Made by a program: the position numbers and the translations under genes
The notes under the pieces: model-generated
Seen by the model: only the letters and a program-made list of their open reading frames with translations
Database searches by the model: none
What the model was told of the DNA's origin: nothing
Source of the DNA: Diplonema japonicum
Taxonomy: Eukaryota; Protista; Euglenozoa: Diplonemea
Assembly (NCBI GenBank): GCA_964019335.1
Contig: OZ025683.1
Location: 1 to 64,000, forward strand
DNA length: 64,000 nucleotides
Direction of reading: 5' to 3'
Part shown: positions 58,391-64,000 of the stretch, in pieces
Position numbering within the stretch: the first letter of the stretch is position 1
How the letters are laid out: every line of letters begins with the position of its first letter

Positions 58391-59431
58391 TTAGTTGCAC
58401 ATGACTCTCCACTGTGCGTGTATCTGGAACGCTTCCTGCACGATCAGGTATCGCCCGTACGCCTCTTGCTTCTCAAGCAAGGTTAAAGTACCGCCTGTCT
58501 TTGGAGACTTGGTTGCCCTCTTCCTCTTCACTTTCTTGTCAGCCCCTCCCACCCCAATGCATATTTTGGTAACCTTCTGTGAGCCAAGGGATTCCAAGAC
58601 GTCGTGAGCTGCAATGCGTGTCACAGGATCGCGAGTCAGGCATGACTCTGTAATGGTGATGAGCTTCTCGGAGTAGAGCACCTCCGTGTGGGGGGGGAGG
58701 AAGTCCACCTCGGCGGTGAGGATCAGGTGCTGCAGTTCTTTGAGGTTTGAGGACATGAATGGGAACGCAAAGTACATCAGTTCGTAGATAACTATGCCTA
58801 CCGCCCACATGTCACATGACGATTTGTACTTCTTACCCTGCACGACCTCCGGCGACATGTAGTACGGCGTTCCGACTTGCGATTTGCACATCCCGTCGGT
58901 GTCGAGAACCTTTGATAAACCAAAGTCGCCAAGTTTGACCACACCGGCGGCAGTGAGGAAGATGTTGGCGGACTTGATGTCCCTGTGCACTACGTTACGA
59001 GAGTGAAGGTACTCCAAGGCACTGCAGACCTGCCACACGATGCTGCGGAGGTGTGTCTCTGAGATGCATATCTGCTTAGTTATGTAGTAGTTGCGAACCT
59101 TCTCAAGATCTCCTCCTGTTGCGTACTCCAGTGCAATGTACACTGCGTTGCTGCTTTGCCACACGTCATAGAACCCTATGATGTTCGGGTGGGTTAGCTT
59201 CCTCATCACCATCACCTCCTGCACCACGTTCTTCAGGATTTTCTCCTTTCTCACTTCTACCTTCTTCACAACAACGTGGCCCCTCGCGGCGTGCTTGCAC
59301 AAAATAGCCATTCCAAAGCTTCCTTTTCCGATCGTTTTGACCTTCTCGTACTTCTCATTCTCTCCAATCGACTTCCCCCCGCTGAACACCCTGGGCAGCA
59401 CCCATGCGGACTGCTCAACTAGAACAGACAT
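58391..59431 (-). CDS. NEK/NIMA-related Ser/Thr kinase
   Basis: IGKGSFG, HPNII, HRDIKSANIFL, DFG and GTPYYMSPE. Confidence 0.92.
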   Translation of the reverse strand: MSVLVEQSAWVLPRVFSGGKSIGENEKYEKVKTIGKGSFGMAILCKHAARGHVVVKKVEVRKEKILKNVVQEVMVMRKLTHPNIIGFYDVWQSSNAVYIALEYATGGDLEKVRNYYITKQICISETHLRSIVWQVCSALEYLHSRNVVHRDIKSANIFLTAAGVVKLGDFGLSKVLDTDGMCKSQVGTPYYMSPEVVQGKKYKSSCDMWAVGIVIYELMYFAFPFMSSNLKELQHLILTAEVDFLPPHTEVLYSEKLITITESCLTRDPVTRIAAHDVLESLGSQKVTKICIGVGGADKKVKRKRATKSPKTGGTLTLLEKQEAYGRYLIVQEAFQIHAQWRVMCN

Positions 59432-59868
59432 ATAACTGTAGAAAAGTGGTGTGAAGGAAACCAACAAAAAAGAAAAAGAAAGAAGAAAAAGAAAAGAGGA
59501 AAGAAGAAAAAGAGAAGAAAATTAAAGAGGCAATTAGTACTGAAGGTTGTCACAGATAAGAGAAAGATTCGGGGGAACAGAAAAAGAAAAAGTAAGCTAA
59601 CAAAGTAAGGCTAGATCGCTCATGGAAATGAGCGCAGATTCACTTATTTTAAAATCCTGATTTGAAGGCACTGGAGCCAACCGACATCACGCCAGAGTCG
59701 CACACCTGTGCTGTGGATGTCAATGTGTAGGATACCTCTCTTGTCTGGAGTAGTTTGCCAACGGACAATTCCAGCCGTGCTAGGGTTTGCCGAATATCTG
59801 CATTGCTTTCCGAAAGTGATTCAATCTGTAGTAGATAAATATGTGGACTACAATGCGTACCTTGTTTC

Positions 59869-62524
59869 TCATTGTAGGGTCACAACAACACGATCCTCTG
59901 TGGACTGGGTGGGGGGCTGTGGGGGGGTTTTCTTTTGCCATTCCTTCAGACGAACTAGACCCGTCGGAGGAAGCCTCGGCATAGCTGAGTGAGGTGTTGT
60001 TACTGTCTGGTTGCAAAGATACCTATCGCGACCCTTGTTGGCGGCTGCGGCTATGGACACTCGCTTTGTATTGGTCTTTCCTCCCGAGGGGTCGGTAGCG
60101 AAAGCATAGCCGCTGAGCTTTTGTATTTTGCGGAAGCTTCGAGTAGCATGGAAACTAGAAACACGGAAGGCTTCCTCATTAGTTGAAGATTGCGGCTGTT
60201 TAAGATTCTTCACCTCTGATTCTGTCGGCGGGTGGAGCACTACAGACGTCCGTGAGCTCCTAGCACCCAGCAAGTTGTCAGAGTTGTACAATATGTCTTG
60301 TGATTCAAAGCTAGGGTGCCCGTCTTCCTTGTCCTTATCGTTCAGTCCCCTTCGGACCGCCTCCGCCTCAACCTTATCTCGCAGCTCTTCAAAGTCAGCT
60401 AGGAGCTTGCCAAAGTCTACGTTGTGCAGCTGGAACATATCGCAGTATGTCAAGGCTTGTATGCTGGCCCGTCTCCGAAGCTCTGGGTTAAGGAGCGCCA
60501 TCTATGGTGTGGTTTTCCTCACCCTCTCGCCTTGCATACCTCACCAAAGAAATCGCCTCTCTTAACCGTTGTGATGACTTTCCCGAGCCCTTGTTCGGTC
60601 TCTTCTTCTGTCGGACTTGCTGGGATAATGACGTCTGCGAAGCCGTGCATCATGAAGTACATCTCGTCGCCCTTCTCACCGTACTCGATGATGAAGCAGT
60701 CCGGCTCACAGTAGGTTTGGTCCAAACAGTTCGCAAGCTCCAGCTTGCATTCTGTCGACAGCTGCTCGAACATGGGTACCTGTAAATGTGCATTAGGTCA
60801 CATTGCGTGCACACCTTAGCAATAAGGTCCACGCGAACGTAGAGACCCACCTCCTTCTGCATAGGACCCGGTAAGCGCTCCAGAATATGTGCAAAACCTG
60901 ATGCTGCATTCTGCTGGAGTGAGTGGTACTGGAAAGACAGCACTTCTTGCTGCAAGCTGGATGGGATGCAGTACTGGCGCATGATGGCGAGGGTAGACCT
61001 CATGTTGTCGCGGTTTTGTTCCACAATATCGCTTTTCAAGAGAAGCGCTGACATGGAGGCAACCACATGGCCTTGCAGCAGGAGCGACATAAGCATGACG
61101 AACCCAGCATATGCATAGACCCAACCATTCTCTATCTTAACAAGTCCCTGCGTTGTCAGCAGTGCCCAACACCACCACAACGAGAGCAGGTACCTCTGGA
61201 ACATGCTCTCCGTGCAAGCGTCCAACCCAAACTGTCTATCATCACAAGAGTCACTGACGTCTGGCCATGATGCTATGATCATACGGCCTACCGTCATGCT
61301 GTTTCCGATGAAAATCATTTTCGAGAATAGTTTCAACAAAGGCACAGTCCAGAAGTAGAATTGCACGAATGCGGGATCCATGTTGCCGCGGTCGGTCAGA
61401 CCGAACAGGTTCGTCCACTTAAGCACCTTCAGCGCACGAAAGAACCTGCAAATCCTCCATGCAGTGAGGCCAGAGGCGTACCACATCTGTATGGTGTTGC
61501 TCAAAACAAACCACAAGACATACGAGGATGTCGAACGGGAGGCCCGCCAGAAGGTCGATCAGAAAGTTTCCGGAGCTGACGTAGATTTTAAAGATATGAG
61601 CCCTGTCGACGATCAGCACGAAGGATCTGTCCTCTGCTTGAATTGCGGTGTTGAGGTTCATCACAATATCAAGGATGAGCAGGACGGACACAATGCACTC
61701 CACGATCAACATCTCATCTGTGGGCGCCACACCGAATATCCCCTGAAGAATAAAGAGTTTGTTTGCGATTAGGTGTGAAAAGAGGTACCTGCACGAGTGC
61801 CACCACCCAGTGGTACAGCATGATCATCAACACGACGACGTCCCACCATCTTCTGTACACGAAGTCAGGGGCAAAGGAGGGCAAGTCGTACATGAGATCA
61901 TATATCTGTTTTGTTTTATATTAGTACTCCTAAACATACCCGTTGCCTCGCAGCACGCTTCTTGTCGGTGATGTAGCCCTCGTTCTTTCGTTCCTCTTCA
62001 CGCTGTCCCTGCCGCACGAGGTCTAGGAGGCCTCGCATCTTGACCACGGTGCTACGAGGGGACTTGTTGGTGGAGGAATACACCTCGCTGACATCTGACT
62101 CGTTGTCAATGCTGCAATCGCGAACACTGTTGGTGCTGGTATTGGGGGGTTCGGGGACACTTTTTGTCGGTGCGATGGCCTTGTTGGCGATGTTAGCGCC
62201 TATGGCCTCCATGTTCTTGTAGAATCGGACAAACTCGTCGAACCCTATGCAGCCATCACCGTCTTTGTCCAGCTGCTTCACGAACTCGTCCCTCTCTTCC
62301 GAGTTCACGTCTGTGATGCCAAAGCTGTTGAACATCTCCTCCATCTCGTTGAGATCTATCCTGCCATCCCCGTTCACATCGTACCTAGCAAACGCCTTCC
62401 TCAACTGCTGAACCCTCACAGGGGAGAGCTGGGTGCGTGTCAGGCTTCTTATGAGGGGGTTGCCCCGCGGGCTTATGGTGGGCTGCATCGATTCACTAGA
62501 TCCAGAATTCCATGTTTGCATCAT
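59869..62524 (-). CDS. EF-hand pair plus cyclic-nucleotide-binding ion channel-like protein, multi-exon
   Basis: DVNGDGRID and DKDGDGCIG; TM segments; GEKGDEMYF, GDFFGE and RRASIQA cNMP motifs. Confidence 0.85.
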
Positions 62525-62680
62525 AGTTGTGCAGCGTCATCGTCACTTCCTAGGGAGGCTTGTGAAGGTGTACAAAAAAAAGAAAAAAAAAACTCGATCT
62601 ATTTTCGCGGTGCACTGAATAGTGCCCACCGAAAAAAACGAGAAGGGGTTAAAGGTGTAACTACATTCCTAGAGCCTTCT

Positions 62681-63016
62681 TCACAGCACCAACCTGGTCC
62701 GCCGATAAACACCCTTTTTTCTGAAGTGTGTGTGTGTGGACTTTTTTTTTTTTTTTTTTTTTTCCTTTAATACCTGCATCCCGGACATAAAGCCGCCTGC
62801 ATCGGCCATGCACTGTGCCATGTTGGGTTTACCGCCGCCTCCCCCAGCGGTCTGCCCTCCGAACCACCCCCCTCCACTGCCTCCTCCACCGCCTCCTGTT
62901 TTAGGGGCTGCTGCTTTGGGGTCACCCCCACCACCCCCACCGCTTCCTACATCTTGCACGTCAACACCTGCACTCGGTGACGGTAGTGCACCATACATGA
63001 AATCGGTGGAAACCAT
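62681..63016 (-). CDS. Small glycine-rich hypothetical protein (probably spliced)
   Basis: Coding-like G-rich stretch MVSTDF... ending at a CAG/GT donor; boundaries uncertain. Confidence 0.4.
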   Translation of the reverse strand: MVSTDFMYGALPSPSAGVDVQDVGSGGGGGGDPKAAAPKTGGGGGGSGGGWFGGQTAGGGGGKPNMAQCMADAGGFMSGMQVLKEKKKKKKKSTHTHFRKKGVYRRTRLVL

Positions 63017-63140
63017 TTTGTGTAACTGGGAAGGGTGAAAGAGGGTTACTCTTACGGTGTAATTATAAAAAAAAAAAAAAAAAAAGAAGGGTACAATAAA
63101 TAAAAAAAAAAAAAAAAAAAAATGGAACAAGAAAAAGAAG

Positions 63141-64000
63141 TTACAAGTCACGAATCGTTTTCTCTAACATCAGCTGTTGGGTGTTCAGGATCTCAACACG
63201 GGAAAGCGCGCTCTTCTCCTGGTTCTCGACCTCCACACATTCTGCCTTCAAGTCTTTGTTCTTCTTTTTCAACCCCAACAGTTCGATTTTCACCAATCGT
63301 GCCTCCTCTCCGATGGACATGGGGTCCGCACTCACTCGTTTTGCCACTCTCTCCTCCTGCTGCCTTTCTACTTCTCTGTATGCGCCTACGAGTGCTTCCC
63401 GTTTTTCTTCTGAATTAGCTATCAGATCTTCCAGCTTCTCATTCTGTTTCACCACCAGTTCCATTTGGTCCTGCAGGTCATCTATCATTTTGACCAGTTT
63501 CGCCTGTGTTATCTTCTGCGCGTCTACCCGTTCCTTGTGCTGCTGGGTGGACTTCTTGATACCATCCAGCTGTGCGGCCTTCATTTCTATTTCATACGTA
63601 TGTTGCTTGTTGTTTGCCACCAGTTGGTTGTGGGCTCCCGCGGCTCCTTGTATCACTTTTTCGACAATTTCATCTTTCATTTCTTTTTTTTTTTTTGTGT
63701 TTTCTGGTATTACTAGGGGGGGGGGGGGGGGGGAAGAAGATAATAACCAAAAAAAAAGGTAGTAAATTTGTGTAAATATATCGGATGTAAATCTCCTATT
63801 TAAGAGCCAGTTTTGCCTTCTGCAGCCTCGCGCTGTCGATGACATTGTGTGCCTGTGTTGGGTGAGGAGGAGGAGGAAGGGGGGTGTGCGCCTTACCTGC
63901 TGGTATTCAAGCTGCGCACCAGCTTTTTGGTACGCGCCGTACATTTTTTTGTATTCAGCAGTCATGTGGTCAACCTGTGTGAGAATTCTTTTTCGTTTCC
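63141..64000 (-). CDS. Coiled-coil protein, 5' end beyond window or unresolved
   Basis: Long heptad-rich ORF with a probable intron. Confidence 0.6.
   Translation of the reverse strand, partial: KRKRILTQVDHMTAEYKKMYGAYQKAGAQLEYQQVRRTPPFLLLLTQHRHTMSSTARGCRRQNWLLNRRFTSDIFTQIYYLFFWLLSSSPPPPPLVIPENTKKKKEMKDEIVEKVIQGAAGAHNQLVANNKQHTYEIEMKAAQLDGIKKSTQQHKERVDAQKITQAKLVKMIDDLQDQMELVVKQNEKLEDLIANSEEKREALVGAYREVERQQEERVAKRVSADPMSIGEEARLVKIELLGLKKKNKDLKAECVEVENQEKSALSRVEILNTQQLMLEKTIRDL

Overview
Eukaryotic DNA, most likely from a euglenozoan such as a diplonemid. This is inferred from about 20 protein genes all on the minus strand from 15.3 to 64 kb, long poly-pyrimidine spacers, tiny GT-AG introns and an Ingi-clade LINE. 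The left 15 kb is an accessory zone. It holds a 1.5-kb (GGGTTTGC)n array, an intact CryptonI-like tyrosine-recombinase element with elaborate hairpin ends, three intact tRNA genes (Met, Ser, Gly) plus a tRNA remnant, and a decayed pogo/Tc2-like DNA transposon. Several Ingi-like retrotransposons crowd the tRNA genes. The best candidate for an undescribed system is the retroelement set. A full-length APE-RT-RNaseH element with a 12-bp TSD sits about 13 bp upstream of tRNA-Met, between divergent tRNA-Met and tRNA-Ser genes. A second tailed element ends 6 bp upstream of tRNA-Gly. The RT carries a ~65-aa PDZ-like insertion, and the 3' ends of apparently three families carry 230-300-nt structured RNA modules bordered by pyrimidine-tract/AG signals. 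The core genes include SPFH, a DUF506-like protein, a tandem-PARP protein, PP1, a PhyH-like dioxygenase, VWA8, a CCCH protein, DBP2, a K+ channel, a MORN protein, a NEK kinase and an EF-hand/cNMP channel. All calls are by eye; no database searches or folding programs were run.
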